64,000 nt of DNA. It comes from Chloroflexota bacterium. Lineage in GTDB: Bacteria; Chloroflexota; UBA11872. The stretch covers positions 17,099 to 81,098 of the forward strand of contig JAPPNP010000054.1 in the NCBI GenBank assembly GCA_028873795.1, in the 5' to 3' direction. Made by a program: the position numbers and the translations under genes. Under the pieces are notes generated by a model. It searched no databases, was not told the origin of the DNA, and saw only the letters and a program-made list of their open reading frames with translations. This document shows, in pieces, positions 1 to 9,743 of the stretch (its first letter is position 1; each line of letters opens with the position of its first letter).

Positions 1-849
1 CTGCGCCACGCGCTGACCGCGAACGAACACGAAGCCTTCGAGCGAGACGGATATCTGCGTGTCGAGGGCGCGCTGAGCCCGGACCATGCCGCAAATCTCG
101 TCGCGGTGATCGACCGCCTCCATCGAAACGGCCGGCTCGTCGCCCCGGAGACTTATGCCGGCGTCACCAACCGCGTGCAGCACCTGAACGCGGTGGGGCT
201 CGATCCGGCGTTCGTGGACCTCATCGATCACCCCACGACCTTCCCCAAAGTGTGGGGAATCCTGGGCTGGAACATCTTCCTGCACCAAACCCATCTCATG
301 CTCACGCCGCCGGAGCCGAGCGACGGTCCGCGCGGTCCTGGCGGGTGGCATCAGGACAACGGCCGCCGAACCTTGGACATGCCCGAGATCGAGATTCCGG
401 CGCGGCTGTCGCTCAAGGTCGGCTACTTCCTCACCGATGTATCCAGACGCGACATGGGCAACTTCTGGGTGGTACCCGGAAGCCACCGGCGGCGGAGCAT
501 CGAGGTCAAGCCAGGCGACGGCGGTCTCGTTCCGGGCGCTGAACCGGTGCTCCTGCGTGCCGGGGACGCGTTGGTCTTCGATGCCCGCGTGTGGCATAGC
601 GGGAGTTCCAACTATTCCGAAACCACGCGCAAGGTCTTGTTCTTCGCGTACGGCTACCGCTGGCTGCACTCGGACAACGTGCTGCCGCCCGATCATGAAG
701 CGCAAAGCACAACCGACCCAATCCGCCGGCAGCTCCTTGACATAATCGACACTCCCGCCGGGCGCATGGCGATCTCCGACGAAACCGTCCCGCTACGAGC
801 GTGGCTAACCAAACATCAGCCGCAGCTCGCCGCGCGGTATGAGTACTAG
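1..849 (+). CDS. Phytanoyl-CoA dioxygenase (PhyH) family Fe(II)/2OG dioxygenase, 5'-truncated by the window edge
   Basis: Frame is open from base 1 (LRHALTANEHEAFERDGYLRVEGAL, a typical PhyH N-terminus). WHQD HxD motif, VVPGSH motif and distal WH are present. Confidence 0.85.
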   Translation: MRHALTANEHEAFERDGYLRVEGALSPDHAANLVAVIDRLHRNGRLVAPETYAGVTNRVQHLNAVGLDPAFVDLIDHPTTFPKVWGILGWNIFLHQTHLMLTPPEPSDGPRGPGGWHQDNGRRTLDMPEIEIPARLSLKVGYFLTDVSRRDMGNFWVVPGSHRRRSIEVKPGDGGLVPGAEPVLLRAGDALVFDARVWHSGSSNYSETTRKVLFFAYGYRWLHSDNVLPPDHEAQSTTDPIRRQLLDIIDTPAGRMAISDETVPLRAWLTKHQPQLAARYEY

Positions 850-883
850 CAAACCCCCGATCGAATCCCTTCTCCCGGGAAGG

Positions 884-1004
884 GAGAACTTTGCGTAGTC
901 CTCCGTCATTCCCGCGAAGGCGGGAATCCACCCTTCATTGAACCTGAGGGCGGATGGTATTCGCACGGTCACCCTCAAGCCTGGACGGGATTCGGGGAAG
1001 TCTC
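884..1004. mobile_element. ~120-bp MITE-like element, copy 1, with internal GTCATTCCCGCGAAGGCGGGAATCC palindrome
   Basis: Aligns end to end by eye with 9616-9738 and 7955-8076. Degenerate ends GAGAACTTTGC...GGGAAGTCTC. Confidence 0.7.
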
Positions 1005-1128
1005 CTGGAAGGCGGAAGGTCGGAGCCTGCCCCGTACTCGATACTGTGCAGACCGAAGGTCCCAGCCGGTCCCTTGCGAATGAGACGCTTGCCGCCATCA
1101 CGCCCGGGTCCTGACTCCCTGGCCGCCC

Positions 1129-3597
1129 ATGCCTGATGCCACGCTGCCGAGCCACGCCCGGGCAGTCATCGTCGGCGCCGGCATCGCCGGCTGCAGCGTG
1201 GCCTATCACCTGACACAGCTTGGCTGGCGCGACATCGTGGTCGTGGACCAGGGACCGCTGTTCGAAACCGGCGGCTCCACGTCCCACGCACCGGGGCTGG
1301 TATTTCAGATCAACGCCTCGAAGACCATGACGAGCTTCGCGCAACACACCGTGGACCTGTGGACGCGAATGGAGCTCGACGGCGCTCCCTGCGCCAAGAC
1401 GGTGGGCAGCCTGGAGGTGGCCTGGACACCGGAGCGGCTGGCCGACCTGAAACGCAAGGTCGGCTATGGCTTGAGCTGGGGGGTGGAGGCGCACCTACTC
1501 GGCCCCGCCGAGGCGCGAAATCTCTTCCCGCTGCTTTCCGAGCGCATCCTGGGGGCGATGTTCGTCCCGTCGGACATCCAGACGCGGGCGACCCGGCCTG
1601 CCGAGGCGATGGCGCGCGAGGCGCAGCGCAACGGCGCGGCCTTCCACGGCCACGTCGAGGTGACCGGCTTCGGGACTTCCAACGGCCGCATGGCCCGAGT
1701 GCAAACTACTCAGGGCGACATCGCCACCGACCTGGTGGTTTCCGCCGTCGGCATCTGGGCGCCGCGACTCGGCGGACTGGCAGGCGTGCCCATTCCGCTG
1801 TCGCCGATGCAGCACCTCTATGCGGTCAGCACGCCCCTCCCGGAATTGGCCGGCAGCACCGACGAGATCTCGCTGCCGATCGTGCGCCACCAAGACAAGG
1901 CGCTGTACTTCCGCCAGGCAAGCGAGGCCATGGGCATCGGCTCCTACCTCCACGAGCCGCTGCTGGTGGACGCGGAGGTCATCCGCGCGCATGGGGAGGA
2001 CGCCATCCCGCCGGCCGAGATGCCGTTCGCACCGGATCACTTCGAGCGAGGGATGGCGGCGGCGCGCGAGGTGATTCCCAGCCTCCAGGGCGCGGGCTTG
2101 ACGCGAAAACTCAACGGCATGTTCTCGTTTACCAATGACGGCTTTCCGGTCCTCGGTGAGTCGCCCGACGCGCCCGGCTTCTGGTCGGCGCAGGCGGTGT
2201 GGATCACGCATGCCGGCGGCGTGGGCCAGGCAGTGGCCGAGTGGATCGTGAACGGCGAGCCCGCCATCGACCTGCGGGAGTGCGACATCCGGCGCTTCCA
2301 TCCGCACGCGCTCAGCCGCCCCTACGTGCGGGCACGTGCCGCGCAGCAGTACCGCGAGGTCTACGACATCATTCACCCGCGCCAGCAGCCGGCCAGCCCT
2401 CGCAACCTCCGCCTGACGCCATTCGCCGCTCGACAAGGGGAGCTCGGGGCGGTCTTCTTCGAGAGCGCCGGCTGGGAACGTCCCCAGTGGTACGACGCCA
2501 ACCGGGGCCTGCTCGACACACTCACCGTCCCCGGCGCATCGCGCTCCGGCTGGGAGGCGCGTGAGTGGTCGCCCACGGTGGCGATCGAGCATGCGGCGAC
2601 CCGTCAGCGAGCGGCTCTGTTCGACCTGACCCCGTTCGCCAAGTTCGAGGTGACCGGCCCCGGCGCGCTTGGGGCGCTGCAGCGCCTCGCCTCCAACGAG
2701 ATGGACAAGCCGGTCGGCTCGATCACCTACACGCCGATTCTCACGCCACGCGGGGGCGTCAAGTGCGATCTGACGGTGACGCGGCTCGGCACGGAGCGAT
2801 TCCTGGTGGTCACCGCCGGTTCCACCGGGCCGCACGACCTGGATTGGATCCGGTCGCATCTACCGGAGGACGGATCGGTCAACGTGGCCGACGTCTCGGC
2901 CGAACAATGCTGCGTCGGCCTGTGGGGACCGAACGCCCGCGACGTGCTGCGCCGCGTATGCGAGGACGACGTGAGCAACGCCGGATTTCCCTACCTGACC
3001 GCGAAGCCGATCACCGTGGCCGGAGTTCCGGCGCTGGCGCTGCGCATCTCCTACGTCGGTGAGCCTGGTTGGGAGATTTACGCGCCCGCGGAGCACGGGC
3101 TGCGGCTTTGGGATGCGCTCTGGGACGCGGGCCGGCCGCTCGGTCTGATCGCGGCGGGCGGCGGCGCGTTCGACTCGCTGCGGCTCGAAAAGGGCTACCG
3201 GCTCTGGGGCAACGACATCCACACGGAGTACAACCCGTTCGAGGCCGGCCTGGGATTCGCCGTGAAGATGAGGAAAGGCGAATTCATCGGCAAGCAGGCG
3301 CTCAGCGAAACCAGGGCGCAGGGTCTGACGCGGCGGCTGTGCTGCATGACCCTGGACGACCCGAGCCGCGTCGTCATGGGCAAGGAGCCCATCTTGGACG
3401 GCGATCGCGTGCTGGGCTATGTGACCAGCGCGAACTACGGCCACTCCATCGGCCGCGGCATCGTGTATGGCTACCTGCCAACTGGCCCGGCAGCGGCTGG
3501 GACCAGGGTGGATGTCCTCTACTTCGGCGAGCGCCTCACGGCGACGGTGGCCAACGATCCGCTCTACGATCCGGACGGCAGCAGGTTGACGGCGTGA
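1129..3597 (+). CDS. FAD-dependent oxidoreductase with GcvT domain (dimethylglycine/sarcosine dehydrogenase-oxidase family)
   Basis: GAGIAG FAD motif, GSTSHAPG, C-terminal folate-binding GcvT domain (SLRLEKGY); 822 aa. Confidence 0.92.
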   Translation: MPDATLPSHARAVIVGAGIAGCSVAYHLTQLGWRDIVVVDQGPLFETGGSTSHAPGLVFQINASKTMTSFAQHTVDLWTRMELDGAPCAKTVGSLEVAWTPERLADLKRKVGYGLSWGVEAHLLGPAEARNLFPLLSERILGAMFVPSDIQTRATRPAEAMAREAQRNGAAFHGHVEVTGFGTSNGRMARVQTTQGDIATDLVVSAVGIWAPRLGGLAGVPIPLSPMQHLYAVSTPLPELAGSTDEISLPIVRHQDKALYFRQASEAMGIGSYLHEPLLVDAEVIRAHGEDAIPPAEMPFAPDHFERGMAAAREVIPSLQGAGLTRKLNGMFSFTNDGFPVLGESPDAPGFWSAQAVWITHAGGVGQAVAEWIVNGEPAIDLRECDIRRFHPHALSRPYVRARAAQQYREVYDIIHPRQQPASPRNLRLTPFAARQGELGAVFFESAGWERPQWYDANRGLLDTLTVPGASRSGWEAREWSPTVAIEHAATRQRAALFDLTPFAKFEVTGPGALGALQRLASNEMDKPVGSITYTPILTPRGGVKCDLTVTRLGTERFLVVTAGSTGPHDLDWIRSHLPEDGSVNVADVSAEQCCVGLWGPNARDVLRRVCEDDVSNAGFPYLTAKPITVAGVPALALRISYVGEPGWEIYAPAEHGLRLWDALWDAGRPLGLIAAGGGAFDSLRLEKGYRLWGNDIHTEYNPFEAGLGFAVKMRKGEFIGKQALSETRAQGLTRRLCCMTLDDPSRVVMGKEPILDGDRVLGYVTSANYGHSIGRGIVYGYLPTGPAAAGTRVDVLYFGERLTATVANDPLYDPDGSRLTA

Positions 3598-3670
3598 ACC
3601 ACACTGACGCTCTGGCGGCTGGCGAGATGCCGCATCGGTGCAACGACCGACGGCGACTGGAGGTCCTCGG

Positions 3671-4912
3671 ATGACGCAAACGCTGGTGATCGACGGACTC
3701 AAGCCGCGTCGCGTGCCGATCAATCTGCGGCAGAGCGGCAACAGCGACGCGCGAATGCTCATCTCCACACGCGTCAGAAAGTCTCCCTGGTGGCACCTGT
3801 CAAAGGCCGCGGGATGTTGGGCTTACACCACCTACAACCACATGTACCACCCACGCGCCTACATCAAGCCCGAGGACGGCGGGCTGCTCGAGGAATACCG
3901 CTACCTCACGCAGCACGTCAGCATGTGGGACGTCGCGGTGGAGCGACAGATCCAGGTCAAGGGCCCGGACGCCGCCGACTTCGTCAACCTGCTGATCACG
4001 CGCGACGTGCACGCGCTGCTGCCGCCGATGCAGGCGCGCTACGTGATCCTGTGCAACCAGCACGGCGGTGTCATCAACGACCCGGTGCTGCTGCGGGTCG
4101 CGGAGGACGAATTCTGGTTCAGCATTTCGGACTCGGATGTCCTGCTTTGGGCGCAGGGCGTCAATGCCAACGCCGGCTACGACGTCGACATCAACGAGAT
4201 CGACGTGGCCCCGGTTCAGATCCAGGGACCCAAGTCGGCCCCGCTGATGGAGAAGGTGTTCGGTCCGCAGGTGCGGCAAATCCCCTACTACGGCCTGCTG
4301 CACGCCACGCTCAACGGCCATGCGGTCACGATTTCTCGCACGGGCTTCTCGGCTGAGATCGGCTTTGAAATCTATCTGCACGACGCCATGCGCCACGCGG
4401 ATGACGTGTGGCCGCACATCCTGGAGCAGGGCGCGGAATTCAACCTGCGCGTCATCGCTCCCAGCCACATCCGACGTCTGGAGGCCGGCATCCTCTCCTA
4501 CGGCCAGGACCTGGACATCGAGAACAACCCATATGAGGTCCGGCTCGGCTGGCAGGTGGATCTGACCAAGGACAACTTCATCGGCAAGGACGCGCTGGCC
4601 AGGATCAAGGCCGAGGGCGTGACCCAGCGGCTGGTTGGGTTGAGGGTCGGGGGCGATCCGATCACCTGGTACAACGAGGATTTCTACCTGGTCCAGGACG
4701 CCGAGTCCGGCCGCGACGTGGGCTACGTCACCAGCGCCTTCTGGTCGCCAAATGTCGGGTCGAACATCGCCCTGGCGGTCATGCCGCCCACGCACTGGAA
4801 GCGTGGCGCCCGCGTGAAGGTGCAGCTCCCGCAGGATGGTCCCGTCGACGCGGAGGTGGTGCGAGTGCCCTTCGTCGACCCGACCAAGGAGCGGCCAAAG
4901 ACGGCCCTTTGA
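3671..4912 (+). CDS. Aminomethyltransferase/GcvT-family THF-dependent demethylase (DmdA-like)
   Basis: YNHM, WDVAVERQIQVKGPDA, SRTGFSAEIGFE and RRLEAG motifs. ATG at 3671 follows GGAGG. Confidence 0.85.
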   Translation: MTQTLVIDGLKPRRVPINLRQSGNSDARMLISTRVRKSPWWHLSKAAGCWAYTTYNHMYHPRAYIKPEDGGLLEEYRYLTQHVSMWDVAVERQIQVKGPDAADFVNLLITRDVHALLPPMQARYVILCNQHGGVINDPVLLRVAEDEFWFSISDSDVLLWAQGVNANAGYDVDINEIDVAPVQIQGPKSAPLMEKVFGPQVRQIPYYGLLHATLNGHAVTISRTGFSAEIGFEIYLHDAMRHADDVWPHILEQGAEFNLRVIAPSHIRRLEAGILSYGQDLDIENNPYEVRLGWQVDLTKDNFIGKDALARIKAEGVTQRLVGLRVGGDPITWYNEDFYLVQDAESGRDVGYVTSAFWSPNVGSNIALAVMPPTHWKRGARVKVQLPQDGPVDAEVVRVPFVDPTKERPKTAL

Positions 4913-4920
4913 CAGGCGGC

Positions 4921-4952
4921 GGATTCCGGCCCGCAACGGAATGACGGAGGGG
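4921..4952. repeat. REP-like palindrome (reverse copy of the GTCATTCC...GGAATCC family)
   Basis: GGATTCCGGCCCGCAACGGAATGACGGAGG between convergent genes. Confidence 0.65.
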
Positions 4953-5013
4953 GCGGTCCCTCACCCCGATCCCCCGCCCAATACGGGGGCGGGCGGTTCT
5001 TGCCGTGTGTTCG

Positions 5014-5724
5014 CTAGCAGGCCGACCAGGTGGCCGAGCAGCCGTCGTCGAACTTGGCCCCGACGGTCACCGAAATGATCTTGATCTCCTCCTGCGGAAC
5101 GGACCCCTCACCGTCAGATCCCTCGGCAACCGGCACCGCCTCGATCTTTTCCAGGGTAGCGACCGATGGTTTGTGTTCGTCCTTCAGTTGCCCGAACAGC
5201 GTGAAGTCTGGCGGCAGGCGGTCTTGCGCCGTGAGGTCATCCAAAATGATGAAGAACTGGGAGCCGTTGGAGTCGGGCGTGCCCTTGTTGGCCATGGCCA
5301 GCCCGCCGCGGATGTACGGCCGCTGGGGCGGCTCGATCTCGAATGAGTAGCCCGGCCCACCGGTGCCCGTGCCAGAGGGATCGCCGCCTTGCACCATGAA
5401 GCCGGGAATCAGGCGATGGAAGGTTACGCCGTCGAAGTAGCCCTCGTTGGCGAGGAAGATGAAGTTGTTGACGGCCAGCGGCGCCTCTTCGTGGAACAGC
5501 GCGAAGCTCATGCGCCCATGGTTGGTGGCAATGATCACCCAAGGCTCACCCTTGGGAATGTTGTCCATCTCCGGGTAGGCGTTGTAGGGCCCCCCCTCGG
5601 CTGATTGAGTCGAGACCGTCGAACCGGTCGAACCGGTCGAACCGGTCGATCCCGTCGTGCCTTCGCCACAGGCGGCTAACACAAGCACGAATACCAACCC
5701 GACCAAGATTGCCCGCCACATCAC
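5014..5724 (-). CDS. Cyclophilin-type peptidyl-prolyl isomerase, lipoprotein
   Basis: Lipobox LAAC; FHRLIPGFMVQGGDP and AMAN...NGSQFFI motifs. Confidence 0.92.
   Translation of the reverse strand: MMWRAILVGLVFVLVLAACGEGTTGSTGSTGSTGSTVSTQSAEGGPYNAYPEMDNIPKGEPWVIIATNHGRMSFALFHEEAPLAVNNFIFLANEGYFDGVTFHRLIPGFMVQGGDPSGTGTGGPGYSFEIEPPQRPYIRGGLAMANKGTPDSNGSQFFIILDDLTAQDRLPPDFTLFGQLKDEHKPSVATLEKIEAVPVAEGSDGEGSVPQEEIKIISVTVGAKFDDGCSATWSAC
5618..5653. repeat. 9-bp tandem repeat (GTCGAACCG x3 plus one degenerate copy) encoding a (GST)n linker
   Basis: Visible directly; in frame within the cyclophilin linker. Confidence 0.85.
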
Positions 5725-5811
5725 GCACCAACCTCCGCAAGTCCGCAGCAGCGGGCATTGTCCCAGAGCACGGCGCGGCCTGAAAAGCCGCCGCCGGTCG
5801 GATGTTTGGCC

Positions 5812-6573
5812 CTAGCCGGAAGACTCCTCAGCGGGGACAAGCTCGCGCCGACCCTGATACAGCCCCAGCCCGATGACGAACAGCGCCAGGGCGCCGATCA
5901 TCTGGAAGACGTTGTTCACCAGCAGCAGCGTGACGGTGTCGAGGCCGGGAGCGAGCAGCGCAATCAAGAAGTTGATGATGGCGCCCACTCCGATGATGAC
6001 CAGAACGTAGGACGCGAGCTTGAAGGCATTCAGGCCGCTGAACCGTCCGGCCAGCCCAATCCCGGTCAGGGCCGACGCGACGGGATAGAGCCACAAGAAC
6101 CCCATGAGCAATCCGGCAATGTCGATCTGAACGTCCAGGGCGAATTGCGCGAGCTGCGCTTGCGCTTCGGCGGACTCGGCCGAGTCCAGGCTGCGCTGCA
6201 TCAGGTAAATCACCATGTGTCGCTGGGCCAGGCCAAGAACGAATATGCCCCAGCCGAACAGACTGGTGACGACCCCTAGTCGCAAGGCCGTGCTCGCCAA
6301 GGATCGCTCACCATTGCCGAGACGGTAGAGGGCGACGAAGCCGTAGGCGTAGAACAGCATGCCGAGGATCAACAGCATCGTCATCACGTGCCCCAAGACG
6401 GCTTGCTCGCCTAGGGGTACGATCGCCGCGGCGAAGTCCGTTTGGTCCACCGGGCTCACAAAAGGACCGCCGGGAAAGAACAAGCCCGCCACGATGGTGA
6501 GGACGACGCCCGCCATCAGGGCGAGACCCGTGCCTTTGTTTCCGATCAGCATGCTTGAGTTCACGGTCCTCAT
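5812..6573 (-). CDS. Multi-pass membrane protein of unknown function
   Basis: About 6-7 hydrophobic segments; ATG at 6573 follows GGAAAGGG. Confidence 0.75.
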   Translation of the reverse strand: MRTVNSSMLIGNKGTGLALMAGVVLTIVAGLFFPGGPFVSPVDQTDFAAAIVPLGEQAVLGHVMTMLLILGMLFYAYGFVALYRLGNGERSLASTALRLGVVTSLFGWGIFVLGLAQRHMVIYLMQRSLDSAESAEAQAQLAQFALDVQIDIAGLLMGFLWLYPVASALTGIGLAGRFSGLNAFKLASYVLVIIGVGAIINFLIALLAPGLDTVTLLLVNNVFQMIGALALFVIGLGLYQGRRELVPAEESSG

Positions 6574-6650
6574 CGCCCTTTCCTGTGCGCACGATGCCAG
6601 CGTTGCACGGGCATACACTAACAGGCCAATTCGGATTCGCGCAATCCGGC

Positions 6651-6786
6651 GAAACGAACCAATATAGAGATAAGTTTACAATTGAGCGCAATATGTAAGA
6701 AGTGCTATTCAATTGCTATTGCGGCGACTTCACAGGCCATGGTAATCTCAAGAAAGGTGTGAGTTTTTGCTTCGCACTAACCCCGC
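6651..6786. promoter_or_regulatory. AT-rich divergent promoter region
   Basis: Strongly AT-rich tract in a GC-rich genome, between divergent genes. Contains TTTACA and the palindromes ATTG-AGCG-CAAT and CAATTG. Confidence 0.45.
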
Positions 6787-7353
6787 ATGACCAAAGATAC
6801 GTCCTTCCCGATGTGCTGCTCTGCCGCGACTGTCGGCGTGCATGCGACCCAAAGCATTGCGGTGGCGACGATCGCAGCGCATCGCGGCCGGGCGGCCATC
6901 TCCATGCTCGTGGCGGCAGTGGTGCTGATCGTGGTCAGCGGGTGTGGTGACGCGGAAGAGCCGCCGTACGCTTCTGAAGCATCGCCGGTCGCGACCACCG
7001 AAGCCACTGAAGTCGCGGCCGTCGAGACCGCGCAGCCCGCCTTTTCCGAGACAGCCCTCGCGGGCGAGAAGCTGTTCAACGCCAATTGCGCCCTCTGTCA
7101 CGGCGAAAGCGCCGCGGGCACCACGCAGGGCCCGACGCTCATCGACCGGATTTACCATCCCGGCCATCACTCGGACTTCAGCTTCCGCCGCGCGGTGGCC
7201 CAAGGAGTCCGGCAACACCACTGGACATTTGGCGACATGCTTCCGGTCGCGACGGTCACGGCCGACGAGGTCGAGCAAATCATCTGCTATGTCCGGGAAC
7301 TCCAGCGCGAGGCTGGCATATTCGACGGCGATAGCTTCGCCACGGTGTGCTGA
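6787..7353 (+). CDS. Monoheme c-type cytochrome, lipoprotein-like (true start may be near 6905)
   Basis: CALCH heme motif, PGHHSD motif, VSGC lipobox. Confidence 0.85.
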   Translation: MTKDTSFPMCCSAATVGVHATQSIAVATIAAHRGRAAISMLVAAVVLIVVSGCGDAEEPPYASEASPVATTEATEVAAVETAQPAFSETALAGEKLFNANCALCHGESAAGTTQGPTLIDRIYHPGHHSDFSFRRAVAQGVRQHHWTFGDMLPVATVTADEVEQIICYVRELQREAGIFDGDSFATVC

Positions 7354-7463
7354 TTCACGGCGCGCGGTCCAACGTCGAGAGATCATGTCGGATGCGGCGA
7401 GATCCATGCCGTCGGAAGCTCCCATTGCCGGAAGTGCGGCGCCGGCGCTCGATCCCTGTGCCG

Positions 7464-7964
7464 ATGGACCGCGTTGCGCCAATCCTCGCCTTGTTCGCAC
7501 TCTTGGCTGCCCTGCTTGTCGCCTGCGGCCCGGATCAGGGCGAAGCTTCGCCAAACGCCGCCGCGGCGGTGCCGGCGCCTCTCACCGGACGCGAGCTCTT
7601 CGCGGCAAACTGCGCCACCTGCCATGGAGCCGAGGGTGAAGGTCAACCCAACTGGCACATCGCCAACGACGACGGCACCCTGCCGGCCCCGCCCCTCAAC
7701 GGCGACGGTCACACCTGGCACCACGCGGATGGGTTGCTCTACCGCATCGTCAGCCAGGGCGGAGCCCAGTTTGAAAGCCCGAGCGATCCCAGCTTCAAGA
7801 GCGCTATGCCGGCGTTCGAAGACCGCCTGAGCCACGAAGAAATCATCGCCGTGCTGACATACGTCAAGAGCCTGTGGGGCAACAAGGTAAGGATGGACTT
7901 TTCCATCCGCGAGTCACAGGCATTGTTCAGTGAGCGAGACCCGTTTCCGCCTCAGAGCCCCTAG
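7464..7964 (+). CDS. Monoheme c-type cytochrome, lipoprotein-like
   Basis: CATCH, APPLNGDGHTWHHAD and MPAF motifs; LVAC lipobox. Confidence 0.88.
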   Translation: MDRVAPILALFALLAALLVACGPDQGEASPNAAAAVPAPLTGRELFAANCATCHGAEGEGQPNWHIANDDGTLPAPPLNGDGHTWHHADGLLYRIVSQGGAQFESPSDPSFKSAMPAFEDRLSHEEIIAVLTYVKSLWGNKVRMDFSIRESQALFSERDPFPPQSP

Positions 7965-8076
7965 CAAACCCCCTCCGCCATTCGCGAGACGGCGGGAATC
8001 CACCCTTCATTGAACCTGGGGGCGGACAGCATACGCCCGATGTTCCACAAGCCCGACCGGGTGTTGCAGAGGTCGC
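7955..8076. mobile_element. MITE-like element, copy 2 (degenerate; overlaps the cytochrome c stop codon)
   Basis: Shares GGCGGGAATCCACCCTTCATTGAACCTG with 884-1004; ends TTGCAGAGGTCGC. Confidence 0.6.
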
Positions 8077-8119
8077 CGAAGGCCGGAGTCTAGGAGCCGC
8101 TGAGGCTATTGCCCGACGG

Positions 8120-8143
8120 GTAGGGGCGGTTCGCGAACCGCCC
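8120..8143. repeat. GTAG-type REP palindrome
   Basis: GTAGGGGCGGTTCGCGAACCGCCC; family copies at 14098, 15379, 18333 and 35356. Confidence 0.7.
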
Positions 8144-8255
8144 TGGTCCACTAGTTCAAGTGTCTCCCTCGCGGGTATCGATCGACGGACTGTCGCACCA
8201 GCTTGGGACACATGGCGCCGATCCCCACGGCCGCCGCTAACCGGTCGGGGAAGAC

Positions 8256-9491
8256 CTAAGGAACGGCGGGCGCCCCCAACACTCGGAAACCCAGATTCTC
8301 CGCCGTGCGCTCGGCCACCGGCAGCACCTCGATGACGACGTGGGACACGCCCACCACGTCGCCGTTGGCGTCAAAGCTGTAGTCGTCGCCGATGGCCCCG
8401 CTCCAGGTCAGGTTGTAGAGACAGTCCCGGAAGCCGTCGGCGTCCTGGTCGTCGTTTGTCTGGCGCAGGCACTCGGCCGCGATGTAGACGCCGTCGTAGG
8501 CCGAGCCCTGGAACCAGGGCCAAGGCGCGATGCCGAAGCGGGCGTTGAAACTGTCGAGGAACTTTCGGCCGATATCGGTGTCCAGGTCGGGATTGGGGAC
8601 GACGGCCTTGAGTCCGGTGGCGGCCTCGCCGGCGATGTCGAGGGAGTTGGCCCCGGTGGGAACCACCTCGGAGTAGATCGGGCCTTCGTAGCCCAGTTCA
8701 CGGACCTGCTTGATGATGGTTCCGCCGGAGACCTCGCCTTGGGCGGCAATCAGGAGGGCGTCGGGAGTCTCGGCGAGCAGCTTTGTCAGCTGGGTGCGGA
8801 AGTCGATGGCCTCTGTGGGGTAGCTCTCCGCCGCGACCACCACGCCGCCCAGCTTCTCGAATTGCAAGACCGCCGAGCGGCGCGCGCCCTCGGCGTAGTC
8901 GGTGGCCTCGGTGATCGTGCCGATCGCGCGAATCCCGTCGGTCCACATCGTGTTGCCGATGTCGGCGCCGACCTTCAGCGAGTTGATGGCGGTGCGGAAG
9001 ATGTAGTCGCCGGCGTCGCTGATGTCGGGGCTGGTGGAGGATGCCGAAAAGAGGACGACGCCCTCCTGCTCCGCCAAGGGCGCGACGCCAAGCGTGGCCC
9101 CGCTGCACGTCGCGCCCAGGATGATCTTGACGCGTTCCACGTCCGTCAGCCGCTTGTACGCCGTGATGGCGTCCGCGGACGTGCACTTGGAGTCCTCCAC
9201 GATGAGCTTTAGCGAACGCCCATTGATGCCGCCCGCGGCGTTGATCTCCTCCACCGCGATCAGCTTGGACCGGGAAAAAGGAATGCCATAGGACTCACCC
9301 ACGCCGGTCAGCGAGTCCAGCGCGCCAATCACGAAGGGCTCCTGCGAGGAGTCGGCCTGACCCGATGCGCCCGCGGCGGCCGTCGACGCGGGCTCGGCGC
9401 CGGGGGTCGGTGCCACCTGCTCGCCGCACGCAAGCAGAAGCACTACCGTCAGGGCGAGAAAGGCGAGGGTCTTGCAGGACATGGAATTCAA
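8256..9491 (-). CDS. Branched-chain amino acid-type (LivK-like) ABC substrate-binding lipoprotein
   Basis: LLLAC lipobox; AVEEINAAGGINGR, YIFRT and AYDGV motifs. No permease adjacent. Confidence 0.9.
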   Translation of the reverse strand: MNSMSCKTLAFLALTVVLLLACGEQVAPTPGAEPASTAAAGASGQADSSQEPFVIGALDSLTGVGESYGIPFSRSKLIAVEEINAAGGINGRSLKLIVEDSKCTSADAITAYKRLTDVERVKIILGATCSGATLGVAPLAEQEGVVLFSASSTSPDISDAGDYIFRTAINSLKVGADIGNTMWTDGIRAIGTITEATDYAEGARRSAVLQFEKLGGVVVAAESYPTEAIDFRTQLTKLLAETPDALLIAAQGEVSGGTIIKQVRELGYEGPIYSEVVPTGANSLDIAGEAATGLKAVVPNPDLDTDIGRKFLDSFNARFGIAPWPWFQGSAYDGVYIAAECLRQTNDDQDADGFRDCLYNLTWSGAIGDDYSFDANGDVVGVSHVVIEVLPVAERTAENLGFRVLGAPAVP

Positions 9492-9615
9492 GCCAGACTG
9501 CGTTCGCCCATGTTCAGCCCGCTACTCGGAATCCATGGTACGGCGTCTCAATTGCCCCTCGCGTGGTCTGGACGCCCGAATAGCGGGCGACATTGAGACC
9601 GTCATTCCCGCGACG

Positions 9616-9738
9616 GGAGACCTTTGCGTAACCCCTCCGTCATTCTCGCGAAGGCGGGAATCCACCATTCAATGAATCTGGAGGCAGTTGGGATGCGCAC
9701 GGTCAGCCTTCGGCAGACTGAATTCTGCAAAGGTCTCC
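9616..9738. mobile_element. MITE-like element, copy 3, with perfect 12-bp terminal inverted repeats
   Basis: GGAGACCTTTGC (9616-9627) ... GCAAAGGTCTCC (9727-9738), with internal REP palindrome. Confidence 0.75.
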
Positions 9739-9743
9739 GAAGA

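Noticed and set aside
850-1128. Glycine or THF riboswitch upstream of the GcvT-family genes
   Set aside because: The region is explained by MITE/REP sequence; no riboswitch consensus recognised.
5618-5653. Short tandem repeat as a CRISPR array or contingency locus
   Set aside because: 9-bp in-frame unit without spacers that encodes a Gly-Ser-Thr linker; no cas genes in the window.
7348-7353. TGC-TGA end of the cytochrome c gene as a C-terminal Cys-Sec
   Set aside because: No convincing hairpin or protein-like continuation; an ordinary stop is more parsimonious.
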